Of a stretch of 54,970 bases of DNA, positions 18,465 through 28,290 are shown in pieces. Position 1 is the first letter of the stretch. Every line of letters begins with the position of its first letter. Where the stretch lies: positions 1 to 54,970 of the IMG/VR virus record IMGVR_UViG_3300037264_009246, one strand, 5' to 3'. A model generated the notes under the pieces. That model did not search any database and was not told the origin of the DNA. It saw only the letters and a program-made list of their open reading frames with translations. The position numbers were made by a program, and so were the translations under genes. Source of the DNA: a virus (lineage: Duplodnaviria > Caudoviricetes).

Positions 18465-18836
18465 TCAACAGATTAAATGTTCAAGGTGTATTTTCCGAAT
18501 GCATGACGACCCATAAGGACCGATTGTATGCGATTTGAATACCACGTAATACCCTGTAGAGATCCTTTTTCCACATAATCTACAATTGGTATTCTCATTC
18601 TGCTTAACGATTTTTGGTTTTTCAAACTTAAGCTGTGTTGCCCCGGGTGTCATTAAATAGGTTTTTCCAGTTCGTTGTAAAAGCCCCTCTTGTTGTGCTA
18701 TTTTCAGGATTTCATCTATTATTTTGAAGTCCCTTGTTATCAGATTGTAAAGAAGATCCCCAATTTCAACGGGTTTTAATTCAATGGCGCCAAGTGCAGC
18801 AATTAACTCAAGTCCAGCTTCTATTTTAGGATCCAT
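18465..18836 (-). CDS. wHTH plus Zn-finger protein (DUF5830-like)
   Basis: CRLCGKRISTGY...GPYGSSCIRK. Confidence 0.5.
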   Translation of the reverse strand: MDPKIEAGLELIAALGAIELKPVEIGDLLYNLITRDFKIIDEILKIAQQEGLLQRTGKTYLMTPGATQLKFEKPKIVKQNENTNCRLCGKRISTGYYVVFKSHTIGPYGSSCIRKIHLEHLIC

Positions 18837-18966
18837 TCATGACACATCTATTTTTTTAGTGACCAAGACCATTTTACAGGTCTTGCATATCGTAAGTTCC
18901 TCATTCCCCACAACCTCAATACTAACACTGTGCTTCTTACGCATGTGCTTTTCAGCCTCAGTTATT

Positions 18967-19218
18967 TCAGGTTTCATGGCAAAATAGTTCCGTGCATACT
19001 CGTTTAAGAATCTTTCTCCGGGCATTTGCTAATTGATGGCTTAATGTTGATTCATCTATCCCAAGTGAACATGCCATTTCTCTGATAGACGGTAAATTCT
19101 TTGGTTTAAAAGAACTGGATGAGCCGGGTTCAAAATAACCCTGTTCATAAGCAAATGCCAGTACGTCAAATTCCTTTTCAGTCAGCCCATATTGTTTCCT
19201 TATCTCCTGACGGTTCAT
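18967..19218 (-). CDS. HTH_10 (Bat-type) archaeal HTH regulator
   Basis: LTEKEFDVLAFAYEQGYFE...IREMACSLGIDESTLSHQL. Confidence 0.8.
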   Translation of the reverse strand: MNRQEIRKQYGLTEKEFDVLAFAYEQGYFEPGSSSSFKPKNLPSIREMACSLGIDESTLSHQLANARRKILKRVCTELFCHET

Positions 19219-19229
19219 TTTTCACCAGA

Positions 19230-20528
19230 TTAACTAATAGCTGCCAGTTGTTCAAGTGCCTGCATCTTACCGCCGTTCAAGTTCGGGTTCAGTGTCTTGA
19301 TCGCATTAAGGAAGTCCTTTACCTCAACGTTGCGCCTGTGAAGCTTCGCTATGGTAAATGCTACCCTCAAGATACTCTCCTTGCGCCTTGGACTGCCCCT
19401 TATACCTTCATCGAGGTCTATGTACATGCACATCAGCGTCTTTACCTTATCACGTACTTCCCTGGGTATTGAAGGCTCAAAATCCCTGATCCAGTTCAGG
19501 TAGTTCTTCAGGTCAAAACCATCATATCCCTCTTTATCCTCAAACCAGTGATCCACAATGGAGCAGGTTATCTTTTTCTCATTTTCTCCCACCGGAGCCT
19601 TCAACTCAAATTTGAAATCAAACCTGTCCAGGAGTTCAGGGCTGAAATGTGTTAAGCGGTTGGCTGCTGCTATCGCCCGAACCTCAGCATCCAGGAGTGC
19701 CGAATGTTTGCCAACATCTATTTGCACCTTTCCTTCCTCCATAGCCTCAAGAAGCCCCTGTCTGTCTTTATCTGAGAACTTATCAAGCTCGTCTATGCAG
19801 ATGATACCTTTATGCGCCTTGGGGAGTGCGCCCAGGACAATTTCATCCCCGCTCGCATCTGCTGTAAGACCCACCTTTGAAGTACGCTGGCTGCAAAACT
19901 TAGCTCCGATCTGATACACTATCCAGTTCATGAGTTGTGACTTTGCACTTCCAGGATCACCGTGCATGAGTACGTGAATCCTTCCCCTGTCCCCGAACTT
20001 ATCCCCGTGACTTGCCATGCTGAGAAGCAGTGCCTTTTTTACTGGCGCCATCCCCTCAATTTTCGGGTTTATCCATTTATTCCAGTAATCGAGCATGTCA
20101 GTACCTTCAGATAATAGCTTTTCAAACTGCTGAATGAGTGCAGGGTCAAGTATCTGTATCTGTATCGAGTTTTCATGCCGTTCAACTTCAGCGCGCTCAC
20201 GTTCGATTTCATCTAAGACCTGTTCAAGCTCCTTCCCGTCCACTGCCAGCCTGTAATGCGTGGCTGAATTGCTCTTATACCCATACTTGATGATTTTCTG
20301 CTGCATCAGGATATTTACATGCCCTCCTGTCCACTGAACATCCTCAAACCCCCATCCGAACCTATTTTCACGATAGATTTCATCCACTGCTATGATTTTT
20401 CGCAGCCTGGTTATGTAGTTGATATCCCTGTTGCACAGCGTCCTTACCCGGTCTGCAAGTTCCGCTTCCTGACCGTACTTTGATAGTTCACCTGGCATAT
20501 TTTCTTTCTTTTCATGCATGTTTCTCAC
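19230..20528 (-). CDS. mcm: MCM helicase with a short, atypical N-terminus
   Basis: GDPGSAKSQ, SKVGLTA, CIDELDK, LLEAMEEG, AAANR and LLDRFD motifs. Confidence 0.92.
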   Translation of the reverse strand: MRNMHEKKENMPGELSKYGQEAELADRVRTLCNRDINYITRLRKIIAVDEIYRENRFGWGFEDVQWTGGHVNILMQQKIIKYGYKSNSATHYRLAVDGKELEQVLDEIERERAEVERHENSIQIQILDPALIQQFEKLLSEGTDMLDYWNKWINPKIEGMAPVKKALLLSMASHGDKFGDRGRIHVLMHGDPGSAKSQLMNWIVYQIGAKFCSQRTSKVGLTADASGDEIVLGALPKAHKGIICIDELDKFSDKDRQGLLEAMEEGKVQIDVGKHSALLDAEVRAIAAANRLTHFSPELLDRFDFKFELKAPVGENEKKITCSIVDHWFEDKEGYDGFDLKNYLNWIRDFEPSIPREVRDKVKTLMCMYIDLDEGIRGSPRRKESILRVAFTIAKLHRRNVEVKDFLNAIKTLNPNLNGGKMQALEQLAAIS

Positions 20529-20671
20529 CTTGCTGTTCTGTCGCCACTATGGAAGTACAGTTTTTACACAATAGTTTTTTTGTAGTATCATCAAAAATAA
20601 CCATGTTCAATTCACATAAAATTCCACAACCATCACAATTAGCTACCAAAACCTTCTTTTTAATGTCCATA

Positions 20672-21124
20672 TTATTCAAACCCTCCTCTCTCTTTTAATA
20701 TGTCAAGGACTGTCTTTTTCCTATCAACCTGATATCCCTTCCACTTCTCAAGCGCCCAGGTCTTGTTATTCCTGAACCGTTCCTGTGCCTGTTTTACCTC
20801 ATCGTCTGAAGCTAACCTGACAACATCATACCTTCGCATGTAAACCTTTTCTGGATCGGTTACGAAATGACCAAATATTTTAGTTCCTGACGCTTCAGGA
20901 TTACAACCGTTCCCGAACTTACAGAAATAAACCCAGTCTATGATATCGAGGTTTAATGATGCCTTTGTTTTCATGATAACGTATTTTCCTTTCAGGTGTA
21001 TATCCGATATCTCAACTGCTTTCCAGTGATGTTGCATATCATCCTCTGGACATTCGTTTTCTTTCCATTCTGTAATCTTATCAACTACAAGTCCACAGCA
21101 TTCACATTGGTACATTTCAATCAC
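20672..21124 (-). CDS. Hypothetical protein
   Basis: GGTGA RBS; Cys-rich ORF in the operon. Confidence 0.55.
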   Translation of the reverse strand: MIEMYQCECCGLVVDKITEWKENECPEDDMQHHWKAVEISDIHLKGKYVIMKTKASLNLDIIDWVYFCKFGNGCNPEASGTKIFGHFVTDPEKVYMRRYDVVRLASDDEVKQAQERFRNNKTWALEKWKGYQVDRKKTVLDILKERGGFE

Positions 21125-21328
21125 CTTTCTTTTTACCTATTATCTTATCAGTAATATACAGAAAAAGAACAAACGGTATGGGTATCAGCACCCCCGCAAT
21201 TATGAACATAAACAACACATTCATCCACAGCGGAGTGTCCAAAACGTAATACAGCAAACCATAAATTAACCATGCAATTAACGCTATCACGGATGCTATG
21301 GTGACAATTCCTGCTGTCAATAATCTGC

Positions 21329-21637
21329 TCATGGTTTCACATCTCCCTTTAACCTGCACCATACGAACTGATTGCATTGAAAACACGCATACACGAAATA
21401 GCCTGTTTCCAGGAATGTTATTTCCACTCCGGGCGGATTCTCTTTTTTACAGTTCGGGCAGTTGGTCGGTTGAGGGTGTTTTATTACTTCCTTTATCCTT
21501 TCATTCTGCTTCGTTATGGGGTTATATGCAACGGTTGGCGTTCCCAGGACTAACATACCATCGCCCAGGTCTGTAATCATTGCGCTGTCGCCCACATGCT
21601 TAGGTTTTCCCATTATCATTTCGTTCATATTTATCAA
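21329..21637 (-). CDS. Zn-finger hypothetical protein
   Basis: CPNC...CFQC; GGAGG RBS. Confidence 0.5.
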   Translation of the reverse strand: MINMNEMIMGKPKHVGDSAMITDLGDGMLVLGTPTVAYNPITKQNERIKEVIKHPQPTNCPNCKKENPPGVEITFLETGYFVYACFQCNQFVWCRLKGDVKP

Positions 21638-21772
21638 GTCCTCCCTTTTTTTCCTCTGGATAATGTCTTGGTTTCACCTTTTTTGAATCTGTAACTTTGA
21701 ACGTTGTCTGCCCTTCGTTCTTACCTGCCAGGTTTTGCTGTATCGTAACGTACCCATTCCCATTTTCATCCA

Positions 21773-21982
21773 TTAAGTATCCCTCTTGCCTTTTCTCTTA
21801 GCTTGAAAAAGGGTTCGAGGCTCATCAGGATTGTCAAAATCCTTCCATGTTGCTTTTCGTCCCTCTTGTTCATCCTCTAATTCACATTCAAGGGATTCAA
21901 CTTCTGCTATCTGCTTTTGCGTTGTTGCTGAATTTACGACCTGTTCACCGTCAGCGCCGATGAACAGTGTTTTTGCTTCCAT
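21773..21982 (-). CDS. Hypothetical protein
   Basis: GGAGG RBS. Confidence 0.5.
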   Translation of the reverse strand: MEAKTLFIGADGEQVVNSATTQKQIAEVESLECELEDEQEGRKATWKDFDNPDEPRTLFQAKRKGKRDT

Positions 21983-21999
21983 ATTTGTTCCTCCAGATA

Positions 22000-22686
22000 T
22001 TATGTTTTAATCGTTACTGATTCGTTTTTCATGTACTGCTGAACTATCTTATCAATCTCTGAATTGCGGTTATTGAGTGCTGCCATCTTTTGAAGTTCAT
22101 TGACTGCTGCTCTCATATCCCCATCAACTTTCCTGGCTATGTTCCGTAAAACATCATCCTGGATACTGACTTTTTCCTTAACCGCTACTCGTTTTAATCC
22201 CTCTACGGTATCGGCTTCACTTATGCGCTTGAACTCGAATAACGCACATCTTGACTTTATGGGTTTGATTATGCCGTTTATGTCATTACATGCAAAGATA
22301 AAAACCGTGTTCCTGGTCTTCTCGATTGGTCGCTTTAAAATGTCCTGAGCTGTCGGTTTTAACCCGTCTGCCTCATCAAGAAGTATAACCCTGATATCTG
22401 ACCCTATCGGTTTGTGTTTTAATGCCCTTATCACCCTTTTTCTCATGTCCCCTTCTTCCCTTGTGTCGCTGGCGTTGAGTTCTATGAAGTTCGCTTCAAA
22501 GTACTCACCTAACAGCTTATGGGCGATAATGTGCGCCGTTGTGGTCTTGCCTGTTCCCGCTTCGCCGTAAAAAAGTAAATGCGGGATATCCCCTGATAGT
22601 ATAAAACTCTCAATGGCTGTCAGGACTTCATTAAGCCCTACCATCTCGGTAAAGGTCTGTGGTCTGTACTTCTCTATCCAGTTCAT
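22000..22686 (-). CDS. rfcS: Replication factor C small-subunit-like AAA+ ATPase (C-terminally short)
   Basis: WIEKYRP, GEAGTGKTT, ELNASD, LDEAD, IKSRC and GDMR motifs. Confidence 0.9.
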   Translation of the reverse strand: MNWIEKYRPQTFTEMVGLNEVLTAIESFILSGDIPHLLFYGEAGTGKTTTAHIIAHKLLGEYFEANFIELNASDTREEGDMRKRVIRALKHKPIGSDIRVILLDEADGLKPTAQDILKRPIEKTRNTVFIFACNDINGIIKPIKSRCALFEFKRISEADTVEGLKRVAVKEKVSIQDDVLRNIARKVDGDMRAAVNELQKMAALNNRNSEIDKIVQQYMKNESVTIKT

Positions 22687-22862
22687 CCTTTAGTACCCTC
22701 TAAAGTTCTATGCTGTTCTTTTTTTCTGGTTATGTATTCCTTAACTGCTTCTGCTACCTGTTGGGTTATGGGTATCCCGTCTTTTTCCTTGATATCATGC
22801 AGTATGCACATATCATTATCAGAAATTTGATTACCTACCCAGTTATATTTTTTATATTTCAT
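22683..22862 (-). CDS. RHH-like protein (59 aa, not in the ORF track)
   Basis: Manual translation MKYKKYNWVGNQISDND...ITQQVAEAVKEYI; stop overlaps the rfc ATG. Confidence 0.5.
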   Translation of the reverse strand: MKYKKYNWVGNQISDNDMCILHDIKEKDGIPITQQVAEAVKEYITRKKEQHRTLEGTKG

Positions 22863-22870
22863 TTTATCCC

Positions 22871-23026
22871 TCAGTTCCAGTATCTTTTTTTAATAAGTTC
22901 GTTCTGTCGCTGTTGGTTCTGCCCTTTTATGAAGCACGGTTTACATGCTTCTATTCCCATACATTCGATTTTACCGACTTCTGTTAATTGCCCACAAAAA
23001 TGACAAGTACCCTCATGCCATGCCAT
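22871..23026 (-). CDS. Small Zn-finger protein (51 aa, not in the ORF track)
   Basis: Manual translation MAWHEGTCHFCG...CKPCF. Confidence 0.45.
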   Translation of the reverse strand: MAWHEGTCHFCGQLTEVGKIECMGIEACKPCFIKGQNQQRQNELIKKRYWN

Positions 23027-23136
23027 TTTTATAACTCGCATGTATCCCTATCTTCTTTTGCTTCAAGGCTCATCATGCTATCACTCCCTCACATACTGCC
23101 TTTTGTTGATCCAATTTAAAGCCCTGGTCTATGATA

Positions 23137-23502
23137 TTAACCCCCTGTCGAATATAAAAACAGTCTGCATACATACGTTTGAAGTGTCAAGTCATCTATT
23201 GTGTCAGTTTGTTTTTCATTGACAAATCTTATGTTTTGGGTTACTTCGTCAAGGTGTCCCTTTGTTTCAAATAAGGGTTTAAGGTTAAGGATAATTTGTT
23301 TGCCGTTTATGTCCCTAAATGTTCCCTGGTCTTTTCCTTGCTTATGTGCTTGTTTCAGATTTCTTGTTATTTCGTCTATCTCTGAATGTAGTTTTTCAGG
23401 TATTTCAGGAAGTTCTTTATGTGTTCTGAGTATATCGTTTTTATAGGTTTCCATATAGCTTACTGCCCATTCTTTAAGGTCTTTCTCATTTAGTTGCTCC
23501 AT
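23137..23502 (-). CDS. Hypothetical, first gene of the leftward replication operon
   Basis: GGAGG RBS. Confidence 0.55.
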   Translation of the reverse strand: MEQLNEKDLKEWAVSYMETYKNDILRTHKELPEIPEKLHSEIDEITRNLKQAHKQGKDQGTFRDINGKQIILNLKPLFETKGHLDEVTQNIRFVNEKQTDTIDDLTLQTYVCRLFLYSTGG

Positions 23503-24063
23503 ATTTTCCGTTCCTCCAGATTTGTGATAGGTATCATGGCGGGTTGGTGGTGGGAATCTTCACCGGATAGGATAGGATTCCTTAGAAATAGTCCATGATA
23601 CCTATCAGTTCCCACTATTCCCTTATACCTTATATGGCTTTTGCTCGGCTACTGGTTCATTTATGCATAAGTCATTTTTGAATTGTTCATCATCATGAAT
23701 AAATCAAATTTGACTTATTCATGTGAAAAAAACGCATTAAAAAATTTCAAAAAAAATTTTTATAAAATTCAGAAATGAGCAGAAAATCAACCAACGGGAG
23801 AGAGCATACGCAGACCCCAGGCACACAACCAGGGCAGAGATCAAAAATCAATTTTCAGTAACCGTAAGTTACCAGCGGTTACGGATCGAACCGCCCAGGA
23901 CAATCTAATGTAACAAAAAGTAACATCATGTTACAGCCCAAGGCAGCCCCATCACCCACAGGGCATCCAATAGAGAGCTGCACTCTAGGACTTTCCCTTG
24001 ATCAGTGTAATTTCTCCAGGTAAAAGGTAAATCTCCTTGCAGATCCGAAGAGAGTTTGAACAA

Positions 24064-24275
24064 TTATGTAAATGTATAATACTTGCCTGGTTTAATTATC
24101 TTCGTATAGAATGGAATTTTGTCTTTGTATTTTTCAAGCTGGTTCATGAGAACCTCCGAACCCGTAAAAACTATGTGCAATCGATCACCGAGCTTGAACT
24201 GGATAGTTGTATAGTTTGATTCCTTGAATTTGCTCTTCTTGGTTCTGAAAGCTATTATTAGCAGTTCCTTGCCTA
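24064..24275 (-). pseudogene. 3' fragment of the IS-interrupted 97-aa gene downstream of the DGR RT
   Basis: Rejoins 26860-26949 in frame once the IS and one TSD copy are removed: ...LGK|ELLIIAF...VFTGSEVL...YYTFT*. Confidence 0.85.
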
Positions 24276-24483
24276 GGTTCTGTCAGGTCTTCGGGGGATA
24301 GACTGACCTGTCAGAAATCGGTTGATGATGAGATGCGTTCCATGACGCACACCATACCCTATTATTTTTTATAACCAATAGTAATATTCGTTATGAGTAA
24401 AGCCATTTCGCCTACCAATACGCTTAAATACTATCAATACTATTGTATGTATTGTTACAATAGTAACGCAAGGTGATAAAACC

Positions 24484-24687
24484 ATGAACAAACAAGAAGA
24501 AGAAATAATGAGAAGCCTGCCTAAAGAGTGGCAGGATGAGTTTGCAGAAATGCAGGCAGTAGCAGCGCAAAGCCAAATAGCTATGCCAGATGTTGGTAAA
24601 TTTGTATTTGCCAAAAACAATGGTGTGGCTTATAGTCGCATATTCCGCATCAGCGGGGTATCCTTCGGTATAAGGGGAAGTGATTAA
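24484..24687 (+). CDS. IS passenger hypothetical
   Basis: GGTGA RBS; inside the IRs. Confidence 0.45.
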   Translation: MNKQEEEIMRSLPKEWQDEFAEMQAVAAQSQIAMPDVGKFVFAKNNGVAYSRIFRISGVSFGIRGSD

Positions 24688-25432
24688 AATGGAAGAAAGA
24701 CAACATGGCGATGTCTTAGAGCATCGCCACGAGGAATATGACTACTGGCACCCTACAACAAGAGTACACAGTGAACAGCCGGACTGGGGACTACCAATGG
24801 GGCACATCCTTGCTCCAGTAGTTCCTTGTTCAGAGGAAGAAGAGCCACCAAGGGGCTTACAGGTGCAACCCTTTGATTGGGCTTCTTGGGACGCAGGATG
24901 TCACGCAAAAGGTATCTGCCAAGGGTACAAAGCAGTACCCGTACTGTCTGAAGAACTTGAAGCAAAGAATTTATTTCAACTCCTTGAACATGACATACTA
25001 CTACCACACTACACACCACAATACCCAGCTACAGAACTTCATCATCGCAATGTCAGCCCTGACCTGGCTGGGTTGGCTGAATCATACTGGCAGTGCCCCC
25101 ATTGCCGACAACTCCAAGTGCCGATTCAGTGGGTTCAGGGCGCACGCCTTGAAACCTATAATATGGAAGTGCGTGGTAGCCGTACCGTCATCTGGGTTAA
25201 GGTCAGTAGTGGTGCGTGGTTTGTGCTAATCATACGTGCGTATGGAACGCTTCAGGGCGTTGCAAGAGGTATCTGTGATGGCACAGCGTACTATTGTGGC
25301 ATTCCAGCTATAACAGAGGGGATGCCACCAATGCAACTCCCGGATGAATGCGCCACAATTCTTGCCCGCAGGATGTGGTACAGGCTGACCAAAGGCTACT
25401 GGTCAGATAAAAAAAAGGAGGATGATTGCTGA
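24680..25432 (+). CDS. IS passenger protein, His/Cys-rich
   Basis: 250-aa ORF with CPHC, inside the IRs. Confidence 0.55.
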   Translation: MIKMEERQHGDVLEHRHEEYDYWHPTTRVHSEQPDWGLPMGHILAPVVPCSEEEEPPRGLQVQPFDWASWDAGCHAKGICQGYKAVPVLSEELEAKNLFQLLEHDILLPHYTPQYPATELHHRNVSPDLAGLAESYWQCPHCRQLQVPIQWVQGARLETYNMEVRGSRTVIWVKVSSGAWFVLIIRAYGTLQGVARGICDGTAYYCGIPAITEGMPPMQLPDECATILARRMWYRLTKGYWSDKKKEDDC

Positions 25433-25617
25433 TGAACCTAAACTTTCGTGGTCTTGACCCCAAGACAGCCTCAAAAATCCATGCTCACCGCATCGAGCAT
25501 GGACATCCCAATCTTGTTTCCACACTTGAATGCATAATCAAGCAGTGGGACGAACAGAGGGAGTATAAGGAAGAGCATAGCGAAAAAATAGAAATCATGG
25601 GGGTAAAAAAGAAGTAA
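25426..25617 (+). CDS. IS passenger, small RHH-like protein
   Basis: MNLNFRGLDP... pattern; GGAGG RBS. Confidence 0.45.
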   Translation: MLMNLNFRGLDPKTASKIHAHRIEHGHPNLVSTLECIIKQWDEQREYKEEHSEKIEIMGVKKK

Positions 25618-25646
25618 CCACTCTTCTTTTTTAGGAGGTAATCATC

Positions 25647-26852
25647 ATGGAACAGCGAACGCTCCCTAACTTTTTCCCTGAGATGGTCATAAAAACTCCC
25701 ATCGAACCTCTGACAACAACCAGAGAGGAAAGAGGGCAAGCCATAGCGGATTCATACGGCAACATTCAGCGATTTGATGAACGCACCTATGCCGTGAAAT
25801 CCCAAGCAGGCAATGGATATTATGCCGTGACGCTTACCGAAATCGGCTGGAAATGTTCTTGTCCCGATCATACAACCAGGGGTGTAAAATGCAAGCATAT
25901 CTGGGCTGTGGAATTGAGTTACAGCATCAGGGAGCAGGTTAGGAAAAGCGTTGTACTGCAACCGATAATTATCTCGGAATGCCTCTATTGTCATTCTACG
26001 AACATTCAGAAAAACGGTATCAGGCATAACAAAAGCGGTGATATTCAAAGATTTGTTTGCTATGAATGCGACAAGACATTCAGCATCAATATTGGCTTTG
26101 AAAAGATGAAGCATAACCCGCAGGCAGTAACAACCGCTATGCAGTTGTATTTCAGTGGAGAATCTCTCAGGAAAACAAAAGACTCCCTGAAACTGATAGG
26201 CGTAGAGGTCTCACACCAGACCGTTCATGAGTGGATTGAGAAATATATGAATCTCATGAAGCGATATGTGGATAAGTTGAAACCGAACGTGGGAAGTACC
26301 TGGAGAGCAGATGAAATTTGGATTAAGTTCAGCGGTGATATGAAATATCTATTCGCTCTCATGGATGATGAAACCCGTTACTGGATTGCTCAGGAAGTCG
26401 CTGATACAAAGTTCATGCATGATGCTCAGGGACTACTCCACGAAGGAAAAGAAATAGTAGGCAGGCGACCAAATACTTTCATCACAGATGGTTTGCAGAG
26501 CTATAAAGAAGCGTTCAATAAGGAATATTACACAAGCAAAAACCCAAGAACGAAGCACATCAGCGCAATAAAATTAGCTGGCGACATGAATAATAACAAA
26601 CAAGAGAGGCTAAACGGAGAAATTAGGGACAGAGAGAAAGTAATGCGTGGACTGAAAAAGAAAGACACGCCTATCCTCAAAGGCTATCAAATATATCACA
26701 ACTTCATAAAAGGACATCAAGGATTGAAAGGCAAGACTCCCGCCGAAGCCTGCGGGATAAAAGTTGAAGGTAATAATAAGTGGATTACTCTAATCCAGAA
26801 CGCTGCTCATCAACCGAAAATTGACAGCGTTCATCATCAACCTAAGACCTGA
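25647..26852 (+). CDS. IS6-like DDE transposase with N-terminal SWIM and Zn-ribbon domains
   Basis: CSCPDH..CKH, CLYC..CYEC, WRADE, FITDGL and NNKQER motifs; stop lies in the right IR. Confidence 0.9.
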   Translation: MEQRTLPNFFPEMVIKTPIEPLTTTREERGQAIADSYGNIQRFDERTYAVKSQAGNGYYAVTLTEIGWKCSCPDHTTRGVKCKHIWAVELSYSIREQVRKSVVLQPIIISECLYCHSTNIQKNGIRHNKSGDIQRFVCYECDKTFSINIGFEKMKHNPQAVTTAMQLYFSGESLRKTKDSLKLIGVEVSHQTVHEWIEKYMNLMKRYVDKLKPNVGSTWRADEIWIKFSGDMKYLFALMDDETRYWIAQEVADTKFMHDAQGLLHEGKEIVGRRPNTFITDGLQSYKEAFNKEYYTSKNPRTKHISAIKLAGDMNNNKQERLNGEIRDREKVMRGLKKKDTPILKGYQIYHNFIKGHQGLKGKTPAEACGIKVEGNNKWITLIQNAAHQPKIDSVHHQPKT

Positions 26853-26859
26853 CAGAACC

Positions 26860-26949
26860 CTTGCCTAATATCTCATCCAATTTTGCCTTATCCCCTTCTA
26901 ATTTCTTTTCTTCTTTCGCGAAGTCGCTGAACCTTGTTGGACTATCCAT
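26860..26949 (-). pseudogene. 5' fragment of the IS-interrupted gene
   Basis: MDSPTRFSDFAKEEKKLEGDKAKLDEILGK; ATG overlaps the RT 3' end. Confidence 0.85.
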
Positions 26950-27988
26950 TGCGTATCTCTCCCCACATTTGTTCTATCCCGAGCGCTTCCTGTAAGTTAT
27001 GGCTGTTAGCCCATTTCAGCCAGCCCATTGTACTCGCTATTGATGATTGGTATTGAAGCTCCGTGATCTTGCCTTTATGGAGTAGCTCGGGAAGCGCCTT
27101 CATTCTGCGTCTGACCCTTTTGGTCGTGCTTTTCCTGACTAGAATGTGATTTGGAAAGTGTCTGTATCCTACAAAGTCGATTCCCTGGGTTATTGGGAAC
27201 ACGTTACATTTGCTAAATGTTAATTTCAGCTTTTCAGCGATGTATTCCCGGATTATCTCTGCAAGTTCGCTCAGGTATTTTTTATCCTCATGTATAACTA
27301 AGAAGTCGTCACAGTAGCGGAGATAGTGTCTGATTTTATGCTCATGCTTCAGGTATTGGTCTATCTCGTTCATGTAAAGGTTGCCAAACCACTGGCTTGT
27401 GTAATTGCCAATCGGAACGTTCTTCCCGCCATCCATGCTGTAAATTATATTTCTTATAAGCCATAGAGTATCCTTACATTTTATTTTGCGCTGGATTATT
27501 CCATATAAAATATCATGGTTCATCGAGGGATAGAACTTTGAGATATCCATCTTCAGACAGTAGCCTTCAGCGCCAACTTCTCTTATGAACTGCATCGTCC
27601 TCTGGCTGGCTTTGTGGATTCCTTTACCTTTCCTGCAGGCGTAGGAATCGTGGATGAATAACCCTTCCCATATTGGCTCAAGCACGTTCATTAGCACGTG
27701 CTGAACTATCCTATCTGGATTAAATGGTAGCCTGTAAATTATGCGCTTTTTGGGTTCGTGGATTGTTTTGAGTGTGTATTCTGATGTGGTGAGTGTCTTA
27801 TCTATGAGCGACTTCTGGATTTCTAAAAGATTACTTTCGAGGTTTTTATCAAACTTCTTAATCGTGTCCTGCCAGCTTTTTCCTTTCTTTGCTGCCTTGT
27901 ATGCATTGTGGATATTCTCTATATCAACTAATTTCTCAAAAAGCTTGCCGTGTCGTTTCATTGGTGTTTTTTGAAGAGCAATTTTCAC
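26942..27988 (-). CDS. DGR reverse transcriptase
   Basis: KMDISKFYPS, VPIGNYTSQ (DGR-type SQ), YCDD and GIDFVGY motifs; adjacent TR/VR pair. Confidence 0.95.
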   Translation of the reverse strand: MKIALQKTPMKRHGKLFEKLVDIENIHNAYKAAKKGKSWQDTIKKFDKNLESNLLEIQKSLIDKTLTTSEYTLKTIHEPKKRIIYRLPFNPDRIVQHVLMNVLEPIWEGLFIHDSYACRKGKGIHKASQRTMQFIREVGAEGYCLKMDISKFYPSMNHDILYGIIQRKIKCKDTLWLIRNIIYSMDGGKNVPIGNYTSQWFGNLYMNEIDQYLKHEHKIRHYLRYCDDFLVIHEDKKYLSELAEIIREYIAEKLKLTFSKCNVFPITQGIDFVGYRHFPNHILVRKSTTKRVRRRMKALPELLHKGKITELQYQSSIASTMGWLKWANSHNLQEALGIEQMWGEIRNG

Positions 27989-28108
27989 TTTCGTTACTAA
28001 CTGCTCTTCATCTCCGTTGTGTATTTTGCTTATCTGGTAAGCAAGGCGGTCAGGTCCAGCCAGGAGTTAGCTACCGCAAGGAGTCTTGCCATTACTATTT
28101 TTCCTGTA

Positions 28109-28223
28109 TCTGCAAGGAAGCGCCTGCTGATATTCGTATTCGCATTCCAGCGATAATTATTCGCATTACGTGACTGCGAACTGCAATTCGTGCCATTATT
28201 CCAATTGCCGCCTGCAAGAAGCT
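28109..28223 (-). repeat. DGR template repeat (TR)
   Basis: 115-bp ungapped match to VR; all 19 mismatches are at TR adenines (sense strand). Confidence 0.95.
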
Positions 28224-28290
28224 TCCGATGACCTGATAGCCTGCAATATGTTTTCATATTACCTTTAGATTTTTTCGCTCCGTTATCCAT

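Larger units (their letters stand above)
24276..26859 (+). mobile_element. IS6-family element with passenger genes
   Basis: Perfect 16-bp IRs GGTTCTGTCAGGTCTT (24276-24291; 26844-26859) and 8-bp TSD CTTGCCTA (24268-24275; 26860-26867). Confidence 0.93.

Noticed and set aside
28030-28290. 86-aa ORF resembling the target C-terminus
   Set aside because: It is the open frame of the TR, which functions as RNA. There is no evidence it is a second target or Avd.
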